A DNA stretch of 64,000 nt. Origin: Lepidodermella squamata. Lineage: Eukaryota > Animalia > Gastrotricha. This document shows, one piece after another, positions 37,001 to 46,835 of this stretch (positions within the stretch are counted from its first letter, which is position 1; every line of letters begins with the position of its first letter). The notes beneath the pieces are model-generated. The model was given only the letters and a program-made list of their open reading frames with translations. It searched no databases and had not been told where the DNA came from. A program made the translations under genes and the position numbers. The stretch is taken from assembly GCA_047495785.1 (NCBI GenBank), contig JBLDXI010000018.1:186001-250000 (forward strand), written 5' to 3'.

Positions 37001-38032
37001 GCCGTTGTGACCCGAGATGTTGCCCGGCCGATAAAGCGATCCTGCAGCAAATGTAGAAATGGTTGGACTGGAGTTGGAATCGCAGCAAGGTGCGGGCGCT
37101 GAATTCTTTGGTGACAATGTCTGTCGTACGTCGCACTTAGTTGGAATAATCAGGAAAATACAGTGAATGCGCCAAGTATGTTTTCGTCAGGTTTACATTT
37201 CTAGAGAATCAAAACTCTCGGAACGCAACGGGGAATATTTTAGTCAATATTCTTACTCCCGCTGATGAAATAATTATTTCGGGCGATGGAAATGAATGCG
37301 CAACTTTTGAACTGTGTAAATTTAGATGCCGTGAGATATCGGAATATCAATAACTTGTTCATTCAATTCAGTTCTTGTGGCAGTTCTTGTGGCTGACAAG
37401 TTGAGAGTGTAAGATTCAGCTTTGTGTAAGCTTTGTAGGGGAGACAATCTCATGCTCTGATTCGGGACTAGTCTGGTTTCTGGTTTGGAACAAGTCCGAA
37501 GTTCACAAGGTGTCTTCGTCACGATGTGCCGGATTTCGGTTCAAGCATCGATTCATGACACAAATAATATCGATGCTTAAGTAGAAGCTTGTGAGGCTTG
37601 CCTTTGAGTTTTCGGAGATAAAAACTCGAATAGATCTCGTAATATTTGGGCAATCCGCTCTGTGAATAATTTTGAGTATCTCGTTCTTCATTGTTTGTAT
37701 GATTAATTACTCTTTTTCTTTTTAGGGCTAAGAGTAGCATGAATTTTCCGAATCGATGCTACGGCATTTTGCTGCTTCCTCCGTTTCAAAAAGCCACTCA
37801 GGGGCCATCGCCACTAAATTTGATCTCACATCTCTACGACCAAATGCTGCAACTTGAACCAAACCAGCTACCGGGCGGCGATCCCGCGGCAGCCAACAAT
37901 TCGTTCAGTCTTCGAGATCCTGAGCATAATTTGACTATTGAATTTACTACTGACTATGAATCGAGTCTCATTTCTATGAATTTTCCTGAATTGACCAGGC
38001 CAGAAAATGATAACAATGACGACGATTTGTAA
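34050..38032 (+). CDS. SWSAP1: SWSAP1-like RAD51/RadA-fold Shu-complex protein (~311 aa)
   Basis: Exons 34050-34264, 34317-34730 and 37726-38032 join in frame. LAFQAA...TLFIRKQSLNDLP...IKFVY...RLVVVDN parallels the SWSAP1 motif order, including a Walker B-like segment. Confidence 0.62.
34742..35310. mobile_element. MITE with 21-bp TIRs and TA target-site duplication (Tc1/mariner-pogo type)
   Basis: TA|ccgtaaaaaccgaaattgggt ... acccaatttcggtttttacgg|TA. The subterminal motif aatagt(g/a)cctcgcc...taagccc occurs twice. Confidence 0.88.
35549..35900 (-). mobile_element. hAT transposase C-terminal remnant
   Basis: The minus strand reads VSSDSTVERLFSQYGFQWSKI*NRLRSITAYQLVFV (hAT dimerisation motif with one stop), followed by an acidic tail. 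Confidence 0.68.
36389..37136 (-). mobile_element. Frameshifted gag-like remnant of an LTR retrotransposon
   Basis: PGKFDGKGSFETW is followed, after a frameshift, by RALGSRLVGSARQDY, like Ty3/gypsy capsid N-termini. No pol or LTR pair is seen. Confidence 0.45.
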
Positions 38033-38509
38033 TTTCGCGTTTTTTACTATTTCGAATTGCCGCATTGTACGACTAACAGTCAAGAAACGAGAGAATAGAT
38101 CAAAAAGGCGCTGTCAAATTATAATTATTATACACAACACATCGTGCAAATTTTTGATGATAATAGTAATAAAACGAATACAATTGATACGCGTCACATG
38201 AAAGAGAAATCATCGACATTGCCAGTGATTGCAAGAAAAGTTGTTCAAACACTACCGAGACGGATTATAAAATAATAATAGTGACATCATCATATTGCAG
38301 CCGGGAAGAAATGATAACATAAAATAACAATTTTCGCGCAAAAATAATCTGCAATTTGTTTTCCTAGCTTCGTGATTTTCGTGTTTTAAAAGCTCAGAAC
38401 TGATCGAGACATCACTTTTACTGATCATAATTTCACTGACTACAAATAAATCAGAGAGGACTTGCATTTATACGTTAAATTAGGGAATAAAATCGTTAGA
38501 ATTCAACAT

Positions 38510-40006
38510 TTATTTCGCCTCTTTGGCCTCCTTCTTGCTGTCCTTTTTCATGTCCTGCTCGAGCTGCTTGCCCAAATACTCCCAGTTTTGCGTCATCAAC
38601 TTCTGAACAGCGAGCAGAGCCTCGTACTTCACGTTCGGATCGTCGTGCGTCGACAGCAGGGCCATGATCGCCTGTTTACCGCCCAGCTGTTCGACGACGT
38701 GCTTGCCAAAGTTGTACCAGCGAATGTACTCGCCAATGTCGTGCACCGCAACGCAAAGCACCGTCGGATTTTTCGAAACTTCGAGCAGTTTCACCAAAAT
38801 TTTCAACAACTCGTAGTTCTTCTCGTTCAAACGCTGCGCATTCTCGCGCCAGAACTTCTCCTGCTTGTGCACCGGCGACCACTCGAGGCGCTGCGATCGC
38901 ACCTCGGCCGCGTATTCGTCGAACGAACTCATGTCCTGGACGATTGTCTGCAGCTTGTCGTTGAGATACTTGATATCGTCAATCAAATCTTCGTCGTCGA
39001 ACGAGCGCGATTCGAAGTTTTCAAGCTGCTTCACGACCTTGCCGTGAACCATCGCCAGCGCATTCGCTTGAACAATCGACGCGTCATCTTCGTTCTTCTC
39101 AAGCATGTTACGGAATGTGCCGAGAATGATACGAATCACTTTCTCCTTCTGCGCTTCAATCAAAATGCCGCACAGAAGAGGTACAACGTTGCATTGGGTG
39201 ATTTTATCGGCGAAGGCCGGGTTGAAGGTCAACGTCCACAGGCAGAAGATCAGTTGGTATGTCAACTGGTAGTTGGGTGCGTTTTGAAGAACCGTGGCGA
39301 TCATTGTAACTCCGTCGACAGCGACAAAAGCTTGTCGGTAATACTCAAGACGAAGCAACATCTGCAGACAGCGGGCCGAAGTTTGCGCGAATTGGTTATT
39401 CGGCTGGGCAATGTCGTCCTTCAGCTGTGTTAAAAAGTGCTGTAAATCACGGCCTTCCAATCGATCTCGGCCCCAGCAAGCTAGTTTAGTAATAACGCGG
39501 AATGCTTGATGCGAGATGAATGGATCGGGCCGGAGTAATAGATGGAAGAAGGGCGACCAGACAGACTCGGCTGCCTTTTTGCTTTTAACAGCGTCTTTAA
39601 ACATCTGAACGCGTTTACGGTCTTCAACAAGCAAATCGTCGATCAGAGTCAACAGGCTTTGCACAGTCTGGTCTTTCGCCATGTGGCTAATTAAATGCAA
39701 CAGAACGCGAGCGCAGTTCTGTGAGTTTTCCGCCAGATACTTAGCTCGCTGTGGCTGCGTCGAGTAATTCGGGTCGCAATTAATGACAACCTGATATTCC
39801 TCCTCAGTAATCATTTGGCCTTGCAAATACGTTTGCCAAGGAATGCGGTTGCCTCTGATTGTCGCAACCTGACGCTGAAATTCGGTGACGGCTGCGTTCA
39901 CATTGGACGACCCAACTAATCAAGACAAACATGCTCAGTTGAATAAGTAAGACAAAACCCGAGATAACTTACGCGTGCTTTCTAGATCGTGCACTGTGAC
40001 CGTCAT
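38510..40006 (-). CDS. ATP6V1H: V-type proton ATPase subunit H (~479 aa)
   Basis: Exons 40006-39973 and 39915-38510. Motifs IPWQTYLQGQMI, SSFDEY, LEWSPVHKQEKFWRENA and YEALLAVQKLM. Confidence 0.96.
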
Positions 40007-40944
40007 TATTGCACACTTAATTTATATTCTATAAAATTGCAAAGATAGACAATCAATATTGATATGACATTGGTAGCAAGCAGAAGATCGACGGAACGTT
40101 TACGTTAACACGAAGGTTAAAGAAAAATTGGGACAATCAGCCTAAAGACTAAGAGCCATAGTAAGTATGATGCGTATTATACATCTTAGGTACTATTAGG
40201 TAAGCTAGGCGATTGATAAACCGCTGGGATCCTAAATGAAGGTTTTACAACGAACGGATAAGAGATCACATCGCTCCACGAAACGACCAAACTAACAGGT
40301 CGTGCAGCTTCAGACTTCAGACTTAAGCTGAGAGTTACCATTCACAATCTGCCATCACTGTAACTAATTACTGGATCAAATTGATCAAATTCACCATCCC
40401 AAGAGGATGTAGGAACTTCGGTAGCTGCGGATGGGGGCGTAGTGAGAGTGGGGGTTCCGCTTCAGATGGATTTTGAGGGTAAAAAATTTAGCGCGTAAAA
40501 ACGAATTAAAATGTATTTCACTTATACATTTTAACAATTCTTATTAGGAGATAAGTACAATATTCTATATAAATTACATATTAAGTATTTTTCTTGGACG
40601 CGATTTTTTTTCTTCAGCGTCGCTGGTGACGAAGCCCTTTAAGGTAGCCCTCCTAAAACGCCGCTGCATCCGATTAGTATGTCCATGTTCCTGGTCCTGG
40701 AAAAAATTAACCTATTTTGTCTTTTTAGGCGTATGTTGTGTATATGGATAGTGGAATTACTTTAGACTTTAGCTGTATTATTAGCCTCATGCTATATGAG
40801 CCCTCTCGTGTTTTCTTGTATCGGTTGTGATGACTCATCTCGTCGAATGGCCGTTACTAAATTTCCGATCATCCAATTGTAAATCATCATTTCTCATTGC
40901 ATGATTTAGGCGTCTTTTGTCTAGATTTCTGTAATTAACTGACC

Positions 40945-41961
40945 ATGGGTATCGACTACTACGCCAAGCTCGGTTTGAACCGAAGCGCGACAGATGCAGA
41001 CATCAAGAAGGCTTATCGTAAATTGGCGATTAAGTATCATCCATTGCGAAATCCTGACGATGTTACTGCCGTTGAAACTTTCCGCCAAATCTCCGAATCT
41101 TATGATGTGTTGAGCGATCCGCGAAAGCGTGCCACTTACGATCAATTCGGCGAGGAAGGACTGAAGAAGGGTGTTCCAGAGGGTACGGAGAGAGCAGGTG
41201 CGTGGACTCAGAGCTACACCTATCATGGAAATCCTGACAAGACGTTTCAGGTTTGCAGAAATAACTTATATCGAATAGCTGGGTTTTATGTTTGGTTATT
41301 TCAGGAGTTCTTTGGAGGAGATAACCCTTTCCAGGAATTTTACGATAGGGTTGATGGAGACATGTCCATGGGATTTGGTGGTTTGAAGGGACGCGGCCGC
41401 CGTCGCCAGGAAGATCCTGTCGTTCGCGACTTACTTCTTACTTTAGAAGAGCTGTATCACGGATGTATGAAGAAAATGGCCATTTCACGCCGTGTTTTGA
41501 ATGACGACGGAATTACCACCGCGGTTCGGGACAAAGTTCTAACCATCGAAGTCCGTCCTGGTCTGCCTGAGGGACAGAAGATTTCATTCATACGTGAAGC
41601 CGACCAGCAGCCAAATGTTGTCCCGGCTGACATTGTTTTTGTTGTCAAAGATCGGCCTCATCAGAGGTTCCGCCGTTCAGCAGGCACTGCTGATCTAATT
41701 CACACGGCTTACATCACCCTGTTGGAAGCGTTAACTGGCTGTGAGTTGGAGCTGCGAACCCTAGACGACCGCCTTCTTCGCATTCCGATTAACGACATTG
41801 TCTGCCCTGGTTACGTCAAAGTCGTCCCGGGCGAGGGCATGCCTTATCCGGACGACATTTCAAAGAAAGGCGACCTGAAAATCGAATTCGTCGTGGAATT
41901 TCCGAAGAATCTTGTGCCGGAACAGAAGGCTTTGATCAAGAAAGCGTTGCGACGTGCCTAA
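40945..41961 (+). CDS. DNAJB13: DnaJ homolog subfamily B member 13 (radial-spoke HSP40/RSP16), ~320 aa
   Basis: J-domain with HPL in place of HPD, YDQFGEEGLKKGVP, FFGGDNPF and a type II C-terminal domain. Probable 54-nt intron at 41251-41304. Confidence 0.92.
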   Translation: MGIDYYAKLGLNRSATDADIKKAYRKLAIKYHPLRNPDDVTAVETFRQISESYDVLSDPRKRATYDQFGEEGLKKGVPEGTERAGAWTQSYTYHGNPDKTFQVCRNNLYRIAGFYVWLFQEFFGGDNPFQEFYDRVDGDMSMGFGGLKGRGRRRQEDPVVRDLLLTLEELYHGCMKKMAISRRVLNDDGITTAVRDKVLTIEVRPGLPEGQKISFIREADQQPNVVPADIVFVVKDRPHQRFRRSAGTADLIHTAYITLLEALTGCELELRTLDDRLLRIPINDIVCPGYVKVVPGEGMPYPDDISKKGDLKIEFVVEFPKNLVPEQKALIKKALRRA

Positions 41962-42173
41962 GTCCTAAAACGAAACAAAAATCTCGAAGCTTACGGACTC
42001 TAGTAGTTCATCAATCTTAAATAGGTCAAAAAATTTAAATAGGTCGGCTGTGATATGAATCTCTCAATAATTGGGATTGAATGTATTTTTCATCGTGATT
42101 AAACTGAATTAATATAATTTCTTTTTGATTTATTAGGTTAATTTATAGCTTAATATATTTAATCTGTTTGACT

Positions 42174-43110
42174 ATGGGGGAAAATGGCGGCGACTACAAT
42201 TTTCCCGACTACGAAAAAGAAGCGGAGGATGGTTCTATTCGCGTCAAAATTATCTGCTTAGGTGACAGTGCTGTTGGAAAGTCGAAGTGAGGATGAACTT
42301 TGTTGAGTTGAACTCGTCATAGTTCACCTGATTTTTCTAGGTTGGTTGAGCGTTATTTGCTGAAGAATTTCTACCCTCAACGAATCTCAACTTATGCATT
42401 AACGCTATTTCGTCACCAGACGGAAATAGGCGGGCGGAAAGTTACAGTTGGTAAGTTGAGAGGATTTTCATATTTTTCCAATTTTTCAACATGTTTTTCA
42501 ATCAGATTTTTGGGACACTGCTGGGCAAGAACGCTTCAATTCTATGCATCCGTGCTATTATCACCAGGCTCACGCTTGTATTATGGTATTCGACGTGACG
42601 CGAAAGGACACGTATAAGCACCTACCTAATTGGTACCGCGAGTTGCGCGAGTACCGCCCCGAAATTCCGTGCCTGTGCGCGGCGAACAAAATCGACGCGC
42701 GCATGGACATGACGGACAAAACTTTCAAATTCGCTGAACAGAACCGCCTGCCGTTCTACTTCGTCTCGGCCGCCAATGGCGTCAATGTCGTGAAGCTGTT
42801 CGACGACGCTATTCGAGCCGGCATGGGCTACAAAGAGAACGCAACCGATATCGTTGATCAAATTCTCGAAGAGCTAGAGGTTAGAAATTACTTGAAATAA
42901 TTCAAATTAATTTCGAAAGAAATAATTTAATTTTCCATTAAGTGCCGTGTTTTTCTAAACATTTCAAATAATTTTTTAAATATTTTTTAGCGTCTTCGAT
43001 TTGAATCGTCGGCGTCTAGTTCGCGATCGGTCAGCGTGCCGGGCTCAGTTGTGCCGACGCCGATCGGCGATACGCAATCGCTACTGACCACTGCTGCCGA
43101 TAAGCCGTAA
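42174..43110 (+). CDS. RABL2: Rab-like protein 2 (IFT-associated GTPase), ~238 aa
   Basis: Exons 42174-42286, 42341-42450, 42506-42879, 42991-43110. Motifs KIICLGDSAVGKS, STYALTLF, WDTAGQERFNSMHPCYY and ANKID. No prenylation Cys at the C-terminus. Confidence 0.92.
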
Positions 43111-44482
43111 TAAATCGACGTAATAGCAACGACCCAGAAAAATCACGATGCGCATGAATGAGCATGAGGCTAAAAGTATTACTAATATATGTGAGCATGC
43201 ACGCAATTTCTTTGTTCCATTTTATAAAAATATATTACCTGAACAAGTGTACCTATATAAATGACTTTACTTCCATCGGGAGTTTCAACGCGAGGTTCAT
43301 TTCAGCGTGATTATAACCAAACCACAAAATTCAACGACGAAGCTTTTCACTGATAATAACGACCTGACAAAAGCGTGTCGTCCTGTTGTCTTTCTTCATC
43401 TCTTGTCAATATCAGCTAATTAACTACTAATTAATTTTCTTGTTGCCGCATGTTTGAAAATTATCTCAATTAAAACAAAAAAAGCTGTATGCGTTTAATT
43501 CCATATTTATTCCTAAGCTCATTTTCTTTCTCTCTATCTCCCCCTCTCTCTCTATCTATCTAAAACATGTATAAAAAATTGCACTCAAAGGTGTTTTTTC
43601 GCGGTCGAATTATTCGATCGCAGCGCATATACCTTTTTTGTGCTCTCATGCGCAAAAAATGACACAAGTTTTTACTGTACATATATACTGCTTACGTATA
43701 CGATATTGATAAATAATGAATAGGCTTTTTTCAATACACAAAGCCGAAACAACATTGAAAGGGGCTTGTAAAAACACTTGATCATGCTATAGAAAACTTC
43801 ATCTCATCGGTGTAGGTTTCATTATTGTTTGTTCCTGTTTGGTCGCATCCTATCAATATAGGCTATGAAATTTTAGCCATGCATAGCGAGTTAAGTTGAG
43901 GGGGAAATTACAATCAAAATTCACTTGATGCATTAATTCTACTTGAAATTTTTTGTATATTTTTTTGACCTCCGAACAATCGATAAATTCGCTTCTTCAC
44001 GCTTGATTGATTTTTATCTCCTAACACTTCCGGGTGTAGAATTTCCTTTGAATTAGTCACCTTTTTACGCCGATTTCAGTTAGCTATATTGCATTATTAT
44101 TTATAATTTAAAAAATTAATTCTCTCAACCCTGGTGTTTGTTAACAAATTAAAATTATTGAATTTTCTGCAAGCAACATGTGGTGATTTCAGAGTCGGTC
44201 TCTACACGCTATTTGATCGTTAACAAATTATTTGTTTCATATTATATTTATTCTTAAATTTTGTTCGTCTGCATATTGTGCCTATCGCCGCTTTTATTGT
44301 CTAATTTTTTGATTTCTCGAAAAAGTAATGTATCACACAAAAACTCATGTTGGCTATATTGTATATAAATATTATCATATTAATGGCGGAATGTAGTTGT
44401 TGTGGGTTATCTCGAAAATCATTGCGAAATAAAATCATTTCTGGTAAAGTATATCGTGTTCTGAATTCTGAGTTCGATGTTT

Positions 44483-44844
44483 TCAGATGCAGATAACACT
44501 TCTCTCCATGTCAGTCTCGGCATCGTCGATCGTTATACACGGCGGAGATGGTGGTTCTGAAAATGATTGGAGTTAAAAAATAATTTTTTTTGATATGAAA
44601 TAAATTTACGTCGACACCCGCCGACGCAATTGCAGCCGAAAAAGTCGCATTGGCCAACGCCGCAGTAGGGTGCTGGTCGGGTGTTATCGGCACACCAGTG
44701 CCACTCCGGGTAGCAGCAGTCCTTGCCCTTGAAGTAGGGGCCGTGGTAATAACCGTGGTTTTCGCGATTTACCATCTGCGCCGAAACAGCGCAATAAATC
44801 ACGGAAATAGCGGCCAATGCGAGTAGGAAAGCTAGTTTCGCCAT
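44483..44844 (-). CDS. Secreted Cys-rich Diedel-like peptide (~102 aa)
   Basis: Exons 44844-44610 and 44556-44483. Signal peptide MAKLAFLLALAAISVIYCAVSA, then CC...CADNTRPAPYCGVGQCDFFGCNCVGGCR, matching the Diedel-type C-x-D...YCG-x-G-x-C-x-x-FGCNC-x-GGC pattern. Confidence 0.75.
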
Positions 44845-45206
44845 TTTCGAGTGATGCGGTGAAACTTGATGAAGTAACTGACGATTGTCTCGAGCTTTCA
44901 ACAGTAGAAACGCCTCGCATTTTTTCAAGCGAATGAAGGGTAAATAAAGATTGTGACCCTTGCGCGCTTTTTTGGGAAACGGTGCGCAAATACGGCATGT
45001 GCGTTTGGTTTTTTCCTCGTTGCACTGAAGAACGATCACATTCCAAGCAGAGGTTAGAGTTAGAAGTCGGTGAATCAATGTGAATGACTGTAAAAATGAA
45101 AATTCAAGCAATGGAACTAATCAAGCTTGCAATGATTTCAGCGTTGAAGGCTACTAATGGAAAGTTGAGTAGTAGTAGCCGATCATTACTGCGGATGATC
45201 AGCCTC

Positions 45207-45278
45207 GGGGGCATAGCTCAGTGGTAGAGCGTCTCATTCGCATTGTGAAGGTCTCGGGTTCAATCCCCGATGCCTCCA
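45207..45278 (+). tRNA. tRNA-Ala(CGC)
   Basis: Cloverleaf with acceptor stem GGGGGCA/TGCCTCC, G3:U70 and loop TTCGCAT. One T-T mismatch in the anticodon stem. Confidence 0.9.
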
Positions 45279-45364
45279 AACGGCATGTTTTAGCGCTCGA
45301 TAACAAATATTTTTTTCCCTTTCAATGTTTAGAAAAACAAACTAAGGCCATATAGGCACAGGCA

Positions 45365-45438
45365 GCCTCCTTGGCTCAGTTGGCTAGAGCGCCAGTCTCA
45401 TAATCTGGAGGTCGTGAGTTCGATCCTCACAGGGGGCA
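45365..45438 (+). tRNA. tRNA-Met(CAT), elongator type
   Basis: GCCTCCT/AGGGGGC stem, loop CTCATAA, GTTCGA T-loop and a T-run terminator. Confidence 0.95.
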
Positions 45439-45531
45439 GCTACAATCTTTTTCGATACAGCTCATAATGTGGCTCATAATGTACAGATTGCCTCCAGACA
45501 AGACCAAATAGACATCGTCTTACCATGCGCA

Positions 45532-45603
45532 TCCCTGATGGTCTAGTGGTTAGGATTCCGCGCTTTCACCGCGGCGGCCCGGGTTCGATTCCCGGTCAGG
45601 GAA
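45532..45603 (+). tRNA. tRNA-Glu(TTC)
   Basis: TCCCTGA/TCAGGGA stem, CCGCG-CTTTCAC-CGCGG arm, followed by a T run. Confidence 0.95.
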
Positions 45604-45673
45604 CTTTTTTAATAAATGAGTCGAGCGGGAACCAAGCTATAAAACAGAGCGGAATCTTCTTCTTCACAAGCCA

Positions 45674-45746
45674 GGTTCCGTAGTGTAGTGGTCATCACGT
45701 CTCCTTCACACGGAGAAGGTCGCGGGTTCGAACCCCGCCGGAACCT
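45674..45746 (+). tRNA. tRNA-Val(CAC)
   Basis: GGTTCCG/CGGAACC stem and TCTCC-TTCACAC-GGAGA arm. Confidence 0.93.
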
Positions 45747-45823
45747 CGACTCAAGTTATCTTTTGGGCCAGCAGACCTCTCCATTCGCTCTATTGTATAG
45801 ATAGCTAGTTCGTCATTTCATAT

Positions 45824-45895
45824 GGGGATGTAGCTCAGTGGTAGAGCGCTTGCTTTGCATGTAAGATGTCCCGGGTTCAAACCCCGGCATCTCCA
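45824..45895 (+). tRNA. tRNA-Ala(TGC)
   Basis: GGGGATG/CATCTCC stem with G3:U70, loop TTTGCAT and a T-run terminator. Confidence 0.95.
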
Positions 45896-45977
45896 ATTTT
45901 TAAGCTTTTCAGGTCCCAGAATCTGTAACCTCCCATAGATAATCGATAATTCTATAGTTGAATAGTTGAAAGAAGGC

Positions 45978-46049
45978 GGCCCAGTGGCCTAATGGTAAGG
46001 CGTCGGCCTCCGGAGCCGGAGATTGTGGGTTCGAGTCCCATCTGGGTCG
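45978..46049 (+). tRNA. tRNA-Arg(CCG)
   Basis: GGCCCAG/CTGGGTC stem and TCGGC-CTCCGGA-GCCGG arm. Confidence 0.95.
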
Positions 46050-46101
46050 ATAATTTTTCAATTTCAGGGTTTTAACCATAGACCCGAGGAGTCCCAATAT
46101 A

Positions 46102-46182
46102 CAGTGGAACCCCGATTTGCCGTCACCTGATTTTCTGTCTGACAGCGAAGTCTGGCGGTTTAGGGGCGACGGGTTTTCACTG
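46102..46182. mobile_element. Miniature (~80 bp) pogo/Tigger-like inverted-repeat element
   Basis: TA|cagtggaaccc ... gggttttcactg|TA, i.e. CAGT-initiated imperfect TIRs with TA flanks. Confidence 0.55.
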
Positions 46183-46835
46183 TAAAACAGCCGGCTCCGT
46201 AGCTTATAGTGGTAGGCTTGCTAGCAGAAGGCCGATTCTCGTCTGGGCCTCGGCATAGCTTTTTCAGTAGCGTCCTGGGGTGGCTTTAACAAGCCAAAAT
46301 GGGGCGACGAATATAGAAGAGTTTAATCTTTTCGATCCCATCTGCTCAAGTTACCCCAGTTGACGGTACTGCAACTCTTGTTTAAGACCTGCCGCAAATA
46401 ACGAATTACAAGGCAGGACCTAAACAAAGGGCAGGGATAGACCCATCCTAAAAGTTTGAGCTCTGTTTTGCGCCGATCTTGGCCCCAGGCGAGCAATTAA
46501 TAATAAGTGGTATTCACTTTCGCCCAACTCTCGATGTTCAAATATAAAAACACACGTTAGTTCCGTAAATTTTATTGAATATTCAAATTCGAGTAGAAAA
46601 TATAATGAAAATTAATCAATCAGAACATTGCGGTAAAAAATAAACAAATATTTACAACAACAAAGAGTGGAGCGGTTCGGGTCATTCAAACAGCCAGATC
46701 ATAGAAGTTGTAGAAAATAGGTACACACATAGCGAGTACACCAACGTCGAATGATAGAAACAAAAACCAAAAATAAAATGAGAATAGAATTGTTTGTCAA
46801 TAACATTTTCTCGATCAGTGGGGCTCACACTTGTT

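Noticed and set aside
37739-38032. Apparent stand-alone 97-aa gene with an upstream acceptor
   Set aside because: The acceptor at 37725 joins in frame to the SWSAP1-like donor at 34730, so it is treated as the last exon and not counted as trans-splice evidence.
38462-39433. 323-aa plus-strand ORF
   Set aside because: Antisense shadow of ATP6V1H in codon register, with no recognisable motifs.
40425-40670. Possible MITE between ATP6V1H and DNAJB13
   Set aside because: Terminal similarity (cggatg..ggcgt / acgcc..catccg) is short and imperfect, and there is no clear TSD.
41035-41046. HPL instead of HPD in the J-domain
   Set aside because: A known feature of DNAJB13/RSP16, not novel.
45909-46097. 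62-aa minus-strand ORF
   Set aside because: Antisense translation of tRNA-Arg.
46193-46260. Possible seventh tRNA (ggctccgtagcttatagtggtagg...)
   Set aside because: A-box-like start only. There is no T-loop/B-box or cloverleaf; at most a SINE-like relic.
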